Under the pieces are notes generated by a model. It worked only from the letters and a program-made list of their open reading frames with translations. It searched no databases and was not told where the DNA came from. A DNA stretch of 64,000 nt from an uncultured Arcobacteraceae bacterium (lineage in GTDB: Bacteria > Campylobacterota > Campylobacteria > Campylobacterales > Arcobacteraceae): positions 64,001 to 128,000 of the forward strand of contig CAXHZO010000001.1 in the NCBI GenBank assembly GCA_964022095.1, read 5' to 3'. Within the stretch, counting starts at the first letter, position 1. Every line of letters starts with the position of its first letter. The position numbers and the translations under genes were made by a program. This document shows, in pieces, positions 20,281-30,066 of this stretch.

Positions 20281-22700
20281 TAAAGAACTAATGCCTCTTT
20301 TAATACATCTTCTATCACATCAACAGGCTTGATTTCCATAGCATCTTTTACCTCATCAGGAATTTCATCTAAATCTCTTTCAAAATTCTTTCTTGGAATT
20401 AATGCTTTTTTCATCTTAGCTTTATATGCTGCAATTAACTTCTCTTTTAATCCACCAATTGGAAGAACTTTTCCAGATAATGTTAACTCACCAGTCATGG
20501 CAACATCTGATTTAATAGCTTTTTCACTTAAAATTGAAGCAATAGTTAAAGCCATAGTAATACCTGCACTTGGTCCATCCTTTGGTGTTGCACCTTCTGG
20601 GATATGTAAGTGAATATCATATCTTTTATAAACTTCACTTGGATTTACGATAATTTTTTCTTCATCTTCTTTAGGTGTTTTTGGAATAATCTCATTATCA
20701 ATTAAAAGAGCACCATTATCAATTAGTACTTTAACAACTGAGTATGAAATTCTAGAAGACTCTTTCATAACTTCACCAAGATTACCAGTAACAGATAAAA
20801 TACCCTTACCTCTTAATTTAATAGCTTCCGTTTTTAAAACATCCCCACCAACAGCAGTCCATGCTAATCCATTAGCAATACCAATTGAATTTTTCTTATC
20901 AGCTGGGTCTATTTCAAAAATAGGATTTTCTAAATACTCTTTTATATTTTTAGTATTTATAGAGACTTTCTTTAAAGACTCATCAACTAAAAGTTGTCTA
21001 ACTACTTTTCTAAATAGTTTTGCAAATACTCTTCTTAGGTTTCTCACCCCTGCTTCTCTTGTGTATTTAGAGATAATTAAATCAATAGTAGTTTTACTTA
21101 AACTAATTTCTGATTTTTTTAATCCATGTTTGTCTAACTCTTGAGGAATTAGATAATCTTTAGCAATATGATACTTCTCATTTGGTGTATAAGAAGAAAT
21201 TTCAATAAACTCCATTCTATCTCTAAGTGGTGCAGGAATTCTTCTTACATCATTAGCTGTTGATACAAAAATTGTTTGAGATAAATCAATTGGGAAATTT
21301 AAATATAAATCTCTAAATTCATGATTTTGCTCAGGATCTAAGATCTCTAACATAACAGCAGTTGGATCACCTCTGTGATTAGCTCCTAGCTTATCAATCT
21401 CATCTAAAACCATAACTGGATTCATTTTTTTAGCATCAATTAATCCTTTGATTAATCTACCTGGCATTGCTCCAACATATGTTCGTCTATGCCCTCTTAA
21501 TTCATTAACATCTTCCATTCCACCAAGAGCAACTCTAACAAGTGGTCTTTTTAATGCTTTAGAAATAGAGTTTGCAAGTGAAGTTTTACCAACACCTGGA
21601 GGTCCTACAAAACATAAAACTGTACCTTTAGATTTTAAATCTTTGATATCTCTTTGCTCTAACATTTGCTTAACAGCAAAATATTCAGAGATTCTCTCTT
21701 TTGGTTTTTTTAATGAATAGTGATCTTTGTTTAACTGCTCTTCAACAGCATTTACAGAAATTTTTTCATCAGCATAATCACCAAATGGAATATCAAGTAT
21801 TTGCTCAACATATGTTTGAAGCAGTGAGGCATCAGGAGAATCTGGGTTCATTCTACTAAGTTTTTCAATTTGTTTCTTTGTCTCTTTATAACCTTCTTTA
21901 CCCATATGCTTTTTGATTTTTTTAAGTCTCTTTTTATAGGCTTTTATCTCTTCATCTTTTTGATTATCAGCACCAAGCTCTTTTTGAATAGCTTTTATTT
22001 GCTCTTTTAAGAAGTAATCTTTATGAGTTTTTTCAATCTTTGAATTTACTTTTTGAGTGATCTCTTTTTGTATTTTAAATGACTCAATCTCTTTTTTAAT
22101 TACTTCAATAATATCTAAAAGTCTTTTTTCTACATTTGCTTGAGAAAATAGCTTATAAGCTTCATCTTTTTTAACTTTTAAAACAGAAGAGATTAAATCT
22201 GCAATTCTTGTTGCATCATCATTTTCTTCAATAGTTTTAATTAAATCTGCTGGAAACTTAGTATTAAGTCTTGATAGTTTTTTTACGTTTTCAACTAAAA
22301 CATCAATTACTGATTTAATACTCTCTTCATTTGATTCTTCATTCTCTAAGATATCTACCTTTGCAAATAGAGATTGTTCTTTTGCAAAATCACTTATTTT
22401 TCCCTTAACTAAACCTTGAAAAAGTACTTTTATCTTACCATCTGGTAATGCTACTTTTCTCATAATATTTCCAACTACACCTACATCATAAAAAGAGTCT
22501 TCTTCTCTGATATCTTCTTTACCTTGTTTTGATACAGCAACAACAACTAATTGATTGTGTTCTATTGCATATTCCACTGCTTTGATATTCTCTTCATTAC
22601 TTAAAAAAAGTGGAGCTATCATGAAAGGGTATAAAAATATCTCATCTTCAATAACTAGTGGTATTGTTTGAGGAAATTCATCGTAATTTTCTAATTCCAT
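20280..22700 (-). CDS. lon: ATP-dependent protease La
   Basis: GPPGVGKTS, DEIDK, PKDGPSAG and GGLKEK motifs. Confidence 0.98.
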   Translation of the reverse strand: MELENYDEFPQTIPLVIEDEIFLYPFMIAPLFLSNEENIKAVEYAIEHNQLVVVAVSKQGKEDIREEDSFYDVGVVGNIMRKVALPDGKIKVLFQGLVKGKISDFAKEQSLFAKVDILENEESNEESIKSVIDVLVENVKKLSRLNTKFPADLIKTIEENDDATRIADLISSVLKVKKDEAYKLFSQANVEKRLLDIIEVIKKEIESFKIQKEITQKVNSKIEKTHKDYFLKEQIKAIQKELGADNQKDEEIKAYKKRLKKIKKHMGKEGYKETKKQIEKLSRMNPDSPDASLLQTYVEQILDIPFGDYADEKISVNAVEEQLNKDHYSLKKPKERISEYFAVKQMLEQRDIKDLKSKGTVLCFVGPPGVGKTSLANSISKALKRPLVRVALGGMEDVNELRGHRRTYVGAMPGRLIKGLIDAKKMNPVMVLDEIDKLGANHRGDPTAVMLEILDPEQNHEFRDLYLNFPIDLSQTIFVSTANDVRRIPAPLRDRMEFIEISSYTPNEKYHIAKDYLIPQELDKHGLKKSEISLSKTTIDLIISKYTREAGVRNLRRVFAKLFRKVVRQLLVDESLKKVSINTKNIKEYLENPIFEIDPADKKNSIGIANGLAWTAVGGDVLKTEAIKLRGKGILSVTGNLGEVMKESSRISYSVVKVLIDNGALLIDNEIIPKTPKEDEEKIIVNPSEVYKRYDIHLHIPEGATPKDGPSAGITMALTIASILSEKAIKSDVAMTGELTLSGKVLPIGGLKEKLIAAYKAKMKKALIPRKNFERDLDEIPDEVKDAMEIKPVDVIEDVLKEALVL

Positions 22701-22728
22701 TTATCTTACTCCTAAAAATTGTTTATAT

Positions 22729-23385
22729 TTATTCGAAAATTGATCTAAAGAAAGGAACGTCTACATCATCAATCTCTTTTGGGTTAACCCAAGATTGTTT
22801 TACTTTTTCATTGTAAAATTCTGATGCTTTATCTTTTCCCGTTCTTTCATATAAATCAGCTATTTCTTTATCCATTGATGCCTTAGCCATATAAAGTCTT
22901 GAATTAATAGTATCAACTAAAGGCATATAAGGAGAAGTTTTATATTTAGCTTTAAATTCATTAATTTCATTAATTGTATTTTCAATTAATTCTTGATCTC
23001 TGTTTTGATACTTAAACCCTAAAAAGTTTGCTTTGATCTTTAGGTATCTAACATAATCAATATTTTTACTTAGTCCAAATCTCTTTATATACTCATCTAA
23101 ATAGAAGTTTGCTAAAGAGTACTCTTCTTCATCCATATGTCCATTTACTAAAATAAGTAAAGATGTTGGAATAAACGGAGAGTTTCTGTGTTCACTTTCT
23201 AAAGAAGTATATGTATCATCTGCAGAATCTAAATCCCCATTAGAAATTTGCGTCAACATTTTGTTGTACCAGTAAATTGCTGGTTTATTATATTCTTGAT
23301 TTTCATCTTTGCTAGAACAAGCTGTAAAAATAAATATTGTACAAACAACTAATAATATATTTTTAAACGTAAAGCTTTTACTCAT
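22729..23385 (-). CDS. bamD: Outer membrane protein assembly factor BamD
   Basis: Lipobox FTAC; TPR-like helices; located immediately upstream of lon. Confidence 0.85.
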   Translation of the reverse strand: MSKSFTFKNILLVVCTIFIFTACSSKDENQEYNKPAIYWYNKMLTQISNGDLDSADDTYTSLESEHRNSPFIPTSLLILVNGHMDEEEYSLANFYLDEYIKRFGLSKNIDYVRYLKIKANFLGFKYQNRDQELIENTINEINEFKAKYKTSPYMPLVDTINSRLYMAKASMDKEIADLYERTGKDKASEFYNEKVKQSWVNPKEIDDVDVPFFRSIFE

Positions 23386-23483
23386 AAAACATCCTTTATT
23401 ATAAAAAAAGATATTTTAGCTAATTGTAGCTTATGTTTTATTTGCTATAATCATCAAAAATAATTATTAATAAAAGGTTGTGT

Positions 23484-24248
23484 ATGAAACTAACTTTAAT
23501 TGGAAATGGTACTATGGCTCAAGCACTTGCAAAGGGATTAGTAAAAAACCATGAAGTAGAAATAATTGGAAGAAATATTGCTAAGCTAAAAGAAGTTCAA
23601 AAAATGATTCCTCAAATTTCTATAAAAGAGTTAGATGATATCGAAAATATCACAGGTAAAAATGTTTTATTTTGTGTAAAACCTTATGTTCTACAAACTG
23701 TTTCAGCAAGACTAACAGGAAAAGCAAATGCTTTATACTCTATTTTAGCAGGAACTACCCTTGATAGTTTAAAAAAGCACATTTCTGCGAACCAATATGT
23801 TAGAACAATGCCAAATGTTGCAGCGAGTGTTTTAAAATCTATGACAACATTAACAGGTGATGAAGAGCTTAAAAATGAAGCACAAGAGATATTTTCAAGT
23901 ATTGGAAAAACTTTATGGTTAGAGTCTGAAAAACAATTAGATATTGCAACTGCTGTTGCAGGAAGTGGTCCAGCACTTTTAGCACTAATTGCAGAAGGAA
24001 TTACAGATGGTGCAGTAAGAGCTGGCCTTCCTAGAGATTTAAGTTCTCAATTAGTACAAGGTTTATTTGATGGAACATCATCACTACTTGATGTACAACA
24101 CCCTGCACTAATAAAAGATTCAGTTATGAGTCCAGGTGGGACAACTGCTGTTGGATATGGTGTTTTAGAAAAAAATGGTGTTAGAAATGCAATGATGGAC
24201 GCAATTGAAGAGACATATAAAAAAGCACAAGAGCTTGGTAAAAAGTAG
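23484..24248 (+). CDS. proC: Pyrroline-5-carboxylate reductase
   Basis: IGNGTMA, VKP, RTMPN, GSGPA and VMSPGGTT motifs. Confidence 0.95.
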   Translation: MKLTLIGNGTMAQALAKGLVKNHEVEIIGRNIAKLKEVQKMIPQISIKELDDIENITGKNVLFCVKPYVLQTVSARLTGKANALYSILAGTTLDSLKKHISANQYVRTMPNVAASVLKSMTTLTGDEELKNEAQEIFSSIGKTLWLESEKQLDIATAVAGSGPALLALIAEGITDGAVRAGLPRDLSSQLVQGLFDGTSSLLDVQHPALIKDSVMSPGGTTAVGYGVLEKNGVRNAMMDAIEETYKKAQELGKK

Positions 24249-24522
24249 TTTTACATTACTTGAAACACTTTTAAGCCTAAGCCTTATCACTTTTATAGTA
24301 ATTGGATTTTTAAACTCCTCTTACTATGATAATACAAATCATGAAAATTTCATGATTTTAAATTCACTTGAAAATAAATTTGATACTAATAATTTTTCAT
24401 CTTTTAACAAATCCTCAAAAACACTAAAAATAACAATCAATGAATCTGATGTAAGATTTATAAATGTAAAACAATACTCATTTAAAAATGAAAATATAAA
24501 GTTAATAAAATATGAAAAATAG
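24235..24522 (+). CDS. Prepilin/pseudopilin-like protein
   Basis: Probable TTG start at 24235: KSSFTLLETLL, type IV prepilin-like N-terminus. Confidence 0.6.
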   Translation: MVKSSFTLLETLLSLSLITFIVIGFLNSSYYDNTNHENFMILNSLENKFDTNNFSSFNKSSKTLKITINESDVRFINVKQYSFKNENIKLIKYEK

Positions 24523-24847
24523 TTTTACGATTTTTGAATTACTTTTAACAACAATATTAAGTTCAATAATAATCATTTATCTATTTAACTTTTCAAAACA
24601 ACTAGTAAAAACAAATAAAGAAGCTTACAAGTTAGAAATACAAAAAACAGATTTGCTAAGTACAAAAATATTTTTACAAAAACACAAAAATAAACTATCC
24701 AAATTAGAATTCAAAGAAAGAAGTCTTTACTTTAAAGATACCCTACTATTAGATAATATTTATAAATTTAATATAAAAAATCTAAATAATACAATAGAAA
24801 TTGAAATAAATTTAGATAATAAAATTAAACAAAAATGGATATTTTAA
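24512..24847 (+). CDS. Prepilin/pseudopilin-like protein
   Basis: MKNSFTIFELLL N-terminus. Confidence 0.65.
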   Translation: MKNSFTIFELLLTTILSSIIIIYLFNFSKQLVKTNKEAYKLEIQKTDLLSTKIFLQKHKNKLSKLEFKERSLYFKDTLLLDNIYKFNIKNLNNTIEIEINLDNKIKQKWIF

Positions 24848-24849
24848 TT

Positions 24850-25161
24850 ATGAAAAAATCTTTTTCACTTCTAATAACACTATTTTTCATATCAATATTA
24901 TCATATATTTCAATAAGCATAATGCAAACAAAATCCTTACAAACAAAAAATATTCAAAATCAGTACTTATATATTCAAGGTAAAAATCATATGAGTTTTT
25001 TTAAAAATTATATAAAAAGTTTAAATTTAAGTGACATTAATAAAGTTCAAATGAATGATGATCTTTTTGAAATATATGCCCTTATTAAAGAAAAACAAAT
25101 AGATATATTTGTAAAAGCAAAGAATTACAATATATCTATTTATGAAAAAATTATTAGATAA
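24850..25161 (+). CDS. PilX/GspK-like minor pseudopilin
   Basis: [11 protein letters not shown] (no Glu at +5) followed by QNQYLYIQG; third gene of the pilin-like trio. Confidence 0.5.
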   Translation: MKKSFSLLITLFFISILSYISISIMQTKSLQTKNIQNQYLYIQGKNHMSFFKNYIKSLNLSDINKVQMNDDLFEIYALIKEKQIDIFVKAKNYNISIYEKIIR

Positions 25162-25753
25162 TTACATCTAAAACTTTTTTAGCGAGATTCAACGCCTTTG
25201 TTCTATGGGAAAAATCTTTCTTTGCTTCATACCCAAGTTCTCCTAAAGTTTTATCAAAACCTTTTGCAACAAACATTGGGTCATATCCAAAACCACCCTC
25301 ACCTAACTCTTTGTTTATAACTTCTCCATGCATCCAACCATGCACAGTATAAGTGTGCCCTTGATAAACAATTGCAATACAAGCTGTATAAAAAGCTGGT
25401 GTTTTTTCTAAGTTGTTTTCATTTAATTTTGAAATTAGTTTTGCATTATTGTCTTTATCACTTGCATCAACTCCTGCATATCTTGCAGAATAAATTCCAG
25501 GTTCATTATTAAGTGCAGGAACAGTAATTCCACTATCATCAGAAATTACAACAATATCTTTATAAGATTTATTTATTAATTTATCATATATAGTTTCTGC
25601 TTTTTTTACTGCATTTCCTTTAAAACTATCCTTATCTTCTACAATCTCAATATCACCTAGAAGTTCCTTAAAAGCGATAACCTCATCATTTGGCATAAGC
25701 TTTTCAAACTCTTTGATTTTTCCTTTATTTCCCGAAGCTAAAATTATTTTCAC
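25154..25753 (-). CDS. rdgB: dITP/XTP pyrophosphatase (HAM1 family)
   Basis: [28 protein letters not shown] and SHR motifs; GTG start at 25753 after AAGGA. Confidence 0.95.
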   Translation of the reverse strand: MKIILASGNKGKIKEFEKLMPNDEVIAFKELLGDIEIVEDKDSFKGNAVKKAETIYDKLINKSYKDIVVISDDSGITVPALNNEPGIYSARYAGVDASDKDNNAKLISKLNENNLEKTPAFYTACIAIVYQGHTYTVHGWMHGEVINKELGEGGFGYDPMFVAKGFDKTLGELGYEAKKDFSHRTKALNLAKKVLDVII

Positions 25754-25829
25754 ATCTATCCTTTTCAAGCCACAATTAACTATTTTTTAACTATAATCAC
25801 GACAAATTATATTATGTTTAGGATTATAT

Positions 25830-27143
25830 ATGATTAAATCAGTTTTACCTCTAAGTTTAATTATTGCACTTAGATTCTTAGGTTTATTTTTAGTATTACC
25901 AGTTATATCAGTTTATGCAATAAATTTACAAGGAGCAACATCAACTCTAGTTGGAATTGTTGTTGGTGGTTATGCTTTAACTCAAATGATTTTTCAAGTA
26001 CCATTTGGAATCATGAGTGATAAGTTAGGAAGAAAAGGAACAATAATTACAGGACTAATAATATTCGCTATTGGTTCTTTAATATGTGCATTTTCTACAG
26101 ATATCTATACATTAATGCTTGGTAGATTATTACAAGGTGCTGGAGCAATTGGAGCAGTTGTAACAGCAACAATTAGTGACTTAGTAAAAGAAGAGCAAAG
26201 ACCAAAAGCAATGGCAATGATGGGAATGTTTATTGGGATTTCATTTGCTATTTCAATGTTAGCAGGTCCATTAGTAGGTGCTTATTTAGGTGTTGAATCT
26301 TTATTTGTTATTACTATGGTTTTAGCATTAGCTTCAATTTTTATTATTCTTAAAAAAGTCCCAAACCCTCCAAAAATAACTCACACTTACAACGCTAAGC
26401 CTGATTTTGGGCAAGTATTAGGAAACAAAAATCTAATTAAAATGAACATCACAAACTTTTTACAAAAAGGTTTAATGACATTTGCATTTATGATTATTCC
26501 AATTACTTTAACAAAAGCTTATGAGTGGGAAATGACAGAGCTTTGGAAAGTTTATTTACCAGCTATGATTTTAGGTTTTCTTGCTATGGCACCTGCTGCG
26601 ATTATTGCAGAGAAAAAAGGTAAATTCAAAGAAATATTAATTATTGGTATTGCTTTATTTGCTATTTCTTATTTAGTTATTGGATTTAGTGCAGGTAGTA
26701 CAGGTTTTATTATTGGTGTTACTATATTCTTTGTTGGATTTAATATGCACGAACCAATCATGCAATCACTTGCTACTAAGTTTGCAAAAGTTCATCAAAG
26801 AGGTTTAGTTTTAGGGTTCTTTAATTCATTTGGATATTTAGGAACATTCTTAGGTGGACTTATAGGTGGAGCATTTTATCAAGATGTATCTATGAGTGCA
26901 TTAGTTATTGCAATTGCTATAATTTGTGTTTTATGGGCAATTTTAATTTTCACTATGCCAAATCCAGCTAAAAAGAAATTTGTTTATTTATCATTAGATG
27001 AGTATCATTTAGAAAATAGTGTTAACTTCTCTTCAAATGAAGCAATTGATGAGTGGTATTTAAATAATACAGAAAATGTTATTGCTGTTAAATATGATGC
27101 TGAAAAAATAGATGAAGAAGAGATAAAAAATTTATTAAAATAA
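25830..27143 (+). CDS. MFS transporter, YajR-like
   Basis: LRFLGLFLVLPV and SDKLGRK motifs; ~12 TMs; small C-terminal domain. Confidence 0.88.
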   Translation: MIKSVLPLSLIIALRFLGLFLVLPVISVYAINLQGATSTLVGIVVGGYALTQMIFQVPFGIMSDKLGRKGTIITGLIIFAIGSLICAFSTDIYTLMLGRLLQGAGAIGAVVTATISDLVKEEQRPKAMAMMGMFIGISFAISMLAGPLVGAYLGVESLFVITMVLALASIFIILKKVPNPPKITHTYNAKPDFGQVLGNKNLIKMNITNFLQKGLMTFAFMIIPITLTKAYEWEMTELWKVYLPAMILGFLAMAPAAIIAEKKGKFKEILIIGIALFAISYLVIGFSAGSTGFIIGVTIFFVGFNMHEPIMQSLATKFAKVHQRGLVLGFFNSFGYLGTFLGGLIGGAFYQDVSMSALVIAIAIICVLWAILIFTMPNPAKKKFVYLSLDEYHLENSVNFSSNEAIDEWYLNNTENVIAVKYDAEKIDEEEIKNLLK

Positions 27144-27190
27144 TTTTTTATTAAATATTAGATATTATTTATAAAAATAGGAGAGATGGT

Positions 27191-27832
27191 TTGAATAAAA
27201 TTTTATTAAAATCAATGATAATCATCTTTCTTATATCAATTGGTATTGTTGCATCTAGCAACTTTACATTAACTCCTGCAAAACTATCAAAAATCGAAAA
27301 AAAATATGGCCTAGCTGCAAAAAAAAGAGTTCAAATGTGGGACTCAATGATGCAATCTTCGAAAAATAAAAAAATTCTAACTAAACTTAAAAATGTTAAT
27401 GATTTTTTCAATAAAATTAGATATAGATCAGATGCTAGACATTGGAAGAAGAAAGATTATTGGGCTACACCTTTTGAGTTTATGGGTACAGGCGCGGGTG
27501 ATTGTGAAGATTATGCTATTGCAAAATATTTTAGTTTGAGACAACTTGGTATTCCAGATAGTAAACTTAGAATTACATATGTAACTTATAGAAGATCAAA
27601 TAGTAGATTTGAGCAAGCGCATATGGTTTTAACATATTATCACAAACCAGGTGCAACGCCAATTGTACTTGGAAATATCAATAAAAAACTAAAACTTGCA
27701 ACAAAAAGAACAGACTTAAAACCTGTTTATAGTTTTAATGCAACTGGACTTTGGCAGGCAAAAAACAGAGGTTCAGTTCGAGTTGGAAGAAATAATCTAA
27801 GATCTTGGAAAGATCTTATGAATAGATTTTAA
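27191..27832 (+). CDS. LapG-like transglutaminase-like cysteine protease (BTLCP)
   Basis: DYWATPFE, GDCEDYAIAKYF and AHMVL motifs. Confidence 0.9.
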   Translation: MNKILLKSMIIIFLISIGIVASSNFTLTPAKLSKIEKKYGLAAKKRVQMWDSMMQSSKNKKILTKLKNVNDFFNKIRYRSDARHWKKKDYWATPFEFMGTGAGDCEDYAIAKYFSLRQLGIPDSKLRITYVTYRRSNSRFEQAHMVLTYYHKPGATPIVLGNINKKLKLATKRTDLKPVYSFNATGLWQAKNRGSVRVGRNNLRSWKDLMNRF

Positions 27833-27845
27833 AAAAGGAATAAAA

Positions 27846-30065
27846 ATGTCTTTATCAAAACAGTTGTATATTATCATATCAATAATATTTTTTATGATCT
27901 TTACAGGTAACTTCATAATAAGTGTTAATAATACAAAAGAGTATTTAGTTACAGAATCAATCACAAAAGCACAAGATACGGCTACCTCAATTGGTATGAG
28001 TTTAAAAGATATCATAAAAGATAAAAAAAATCCAGAAATAGAAACAATAATAAAATCTATAGCAAATAGTGGATTTTATAAAGAGATTAGATTAGAACAC
28101 TCTTTATTTACTATTAGTGAAGGTGATTTAATAAAAGTTGCAAATGATTTAGACAATTCTGTTTGGAAAATTTCTAACTTAACAGTTCCAAAAGAGTATG
28201 GTAAACTTGATAAAATAACTAGTGATTTAGAGATTACACAAGAGCTTTTAGCTTTAGAAGATGAAACATACGAAGAAAACCCAACAACTCAAATAACTGA
28301 AGACACATACAATTTTACTCCAACACAAAAATATAAAAATGGTGGAAATATTCCATTTAGTTTTACTGCAACAAATACAAAAGGTTTAAAAGTTGATTCA
28401 ACTGTAAATTTAGACATTAATAAAATATTAGTTCAAAGTATTAGAGAAGAAAAATTTGATTATGTTCCTAGCTGGTTTTTTAATTTAATATCAATTAATC
28501 TTCCAGAACAATCAAGTGAAATAAATGATGGATGGCAAAATACTGCGGTAATTTATGTAAGTGCAAATGCAGGTGAAGCATATGCAAAACTATATGAGCA
28601 AGCAAAAAGTGCAGTTGTATACTCACTAATTGCATTTATTATATCTGTAATAATCTTATTTGTTTTTGTTCAATATTTATTGAAACCTTTAAAAAGATTA
28701 GAAAAACTTGCAAATAATATCGCAGAAGGAAAATTCGAGCAAATTAAAGAGCTTCCATTTACAACTGAAATAAGAACTGTATCACTTGCATTTAATGATA
28801 TGTCTTCAAAAATTGAAGCAATGATAAATAAATTAAATAAAAATCTTTTAAAAATCACAAAAAAACTATCAAAAGATGAATTGACTCTTCTTCCTTTAAA
28901 ACAGAGTTTTGAAACAGATGTAAAAGATATATTTATTAATAAACTTGAAGGGTATGTATTTATAGTTAGAATTTTTGATCTTGCATCTTTTGCAAAGTCC
29001 CATACAAATAGAGATGTAAATGAGTTTATTAAAGAGTTTGCAGATATATTAAAAAACACACAACTTGAAGATGAAAACAAAAAAGCAACTGCATATAGAT
29101 TTTTTGGTTCAGAGTTTGCAATAATTGGGAAAAACTTTAGTGATGAAGATACAAAAACTTATATAAAATTACTTCAAGATAAAGTTATTGAATTCTCTTA
29201 TAAATGTAATAAAAAAGATATTATGCATATTGGTGCTTCAAAAATTACTACAATTAGTGCAATACCTGATTTACTTCAAAGCTCAACAGAAGCATACGAA
29301 AAAGCTACATTAATTGGCTCAAATGAGGCATTTATTAATGATAATGCAAATAGTTCAAGAGCTATGACACAATGGAGAGACTTAGTATTTGATATTATTG
29401 ATAATACAAAGTTTGATGTAAAATATATTGGTGATTGTTATTGTTTAAAAGATATTAATATCTTACTTATGCAAGAAGCATTTACATCTATAAAAGATGA
29501 GGACAACAAAGATATTCCAATTGGTACATTTGTATCAATTGCAGAAAAATATGAAAAAATATTAGAGTTTGATAAAAAAGTTGTTACAAAAGTAATTAAT
29601 CATATTTTAATCAACAACATACAACATAATATTTCAATTAACTTATCTTTAGAAGCTATTAGCAATACAGCATTTATTGCATGGCTTGAGAAGATTATTC
29701 TTAAACACAGAGAGATTTCAGGTCAATTAATATTCTCTGTTACAGCATATGCAGCAACAAAAGATATTGATAAATTTAAATTCTTTGTTGATGAGATGCA
29801 TAAGTGTGGGGCAAAAGTTATTATGAAAAGATTTGAAACTAAGTTTATTGCATTAGACTCTTTAAAAGATGTAAATATTGATTATATAAGATTAGCAAGA
29901 GATTATACATCTGGAATATCTACAGACTTAGCAAAACAAAGTTTTGTAGAATCAATTCAAGATTTAGCAAGTCTTCTAAATATAAAAGTCTATGCTGAAA
30001 ATGTTAAAGAAGATAATGACTTTGAAATAATCAAAGAATACAACTTAGATGGATCAAGTAGATAA
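27846..30065 (+). CDS. LapD/MoxY-like c-di-GMP receptor (periplasmic domain, HAMP, degenerate GGDEF, EAL)
   Basis: MSLSKQL..AQDTATSIG N-terminus; VPSWF and GWQ motifs; FGSEF; QEAF; follows lapG-like gene. Confidence 0.85.
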   Translation: MSLSKQLYIIISIIFFMIFTGNFIISVNNTKEYLVTESITKAQDTATSIGMSLKDIIKDKKNPEIETIIKSIANSGFYKEIRLEHSLFTISEGDLIKVANDLDNSVWKISNLTVPKEYGKLDKITSDLEITQELLALEDETYEENPTTQITEDTYNFTPTQKYKNGGNIPFSFTATNTKGLKVDSTVNLDINKILVQSIREEKFDYVPSWFFNLISINLPEQSSEINDGWQNTAVIYVSANAGEAYAKLYEQAKSAVVYSLIAFIISVIILFVFVQYLLKPLKRLEKLANNIAEGKFEQIKELPFTTEIRTVSLAFNDMSSKIEAMINKLNKNLLKITKKLSKDELTLLPLKQSFETDVKDIFINKLEGYVFIVRIFDLASFAKSHTNRDVNEFIKEFADILKNTQLEDENKKATAYRFFGSEFAIIGKNFSDEDTKTYIKLLQDKVIEFSYKCNKKDIMHIGASKITTISAIPDLLQSSTEAYEKATLIGSNEAFINDNANSSRAMTQWRDLVFDIIDNTKFDVKYIGDCYCLKDINILLMQEAFTSIKDEDNKDIPIGTFVSIAEKYEKILEFDKKVVTKVINHILINNIQHNISINLSLEAISNTAFIAWLEKIILKHREISGQLIFSVTAYAATKDIDKFKFFVDEMHKCGAKVIMKRFETKFIALDSLKDVNIDYIRLARDYTSGISTDLAKQSFVESIQDLASLLNIKVYAENVKEDNDFEIIKEYNLDGSSR

Positions 30066-30066
30066 A

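Noticed and set aside
20329-21720. Plus-strand ORFs within lon
   Set aside because: Antisense shadows.
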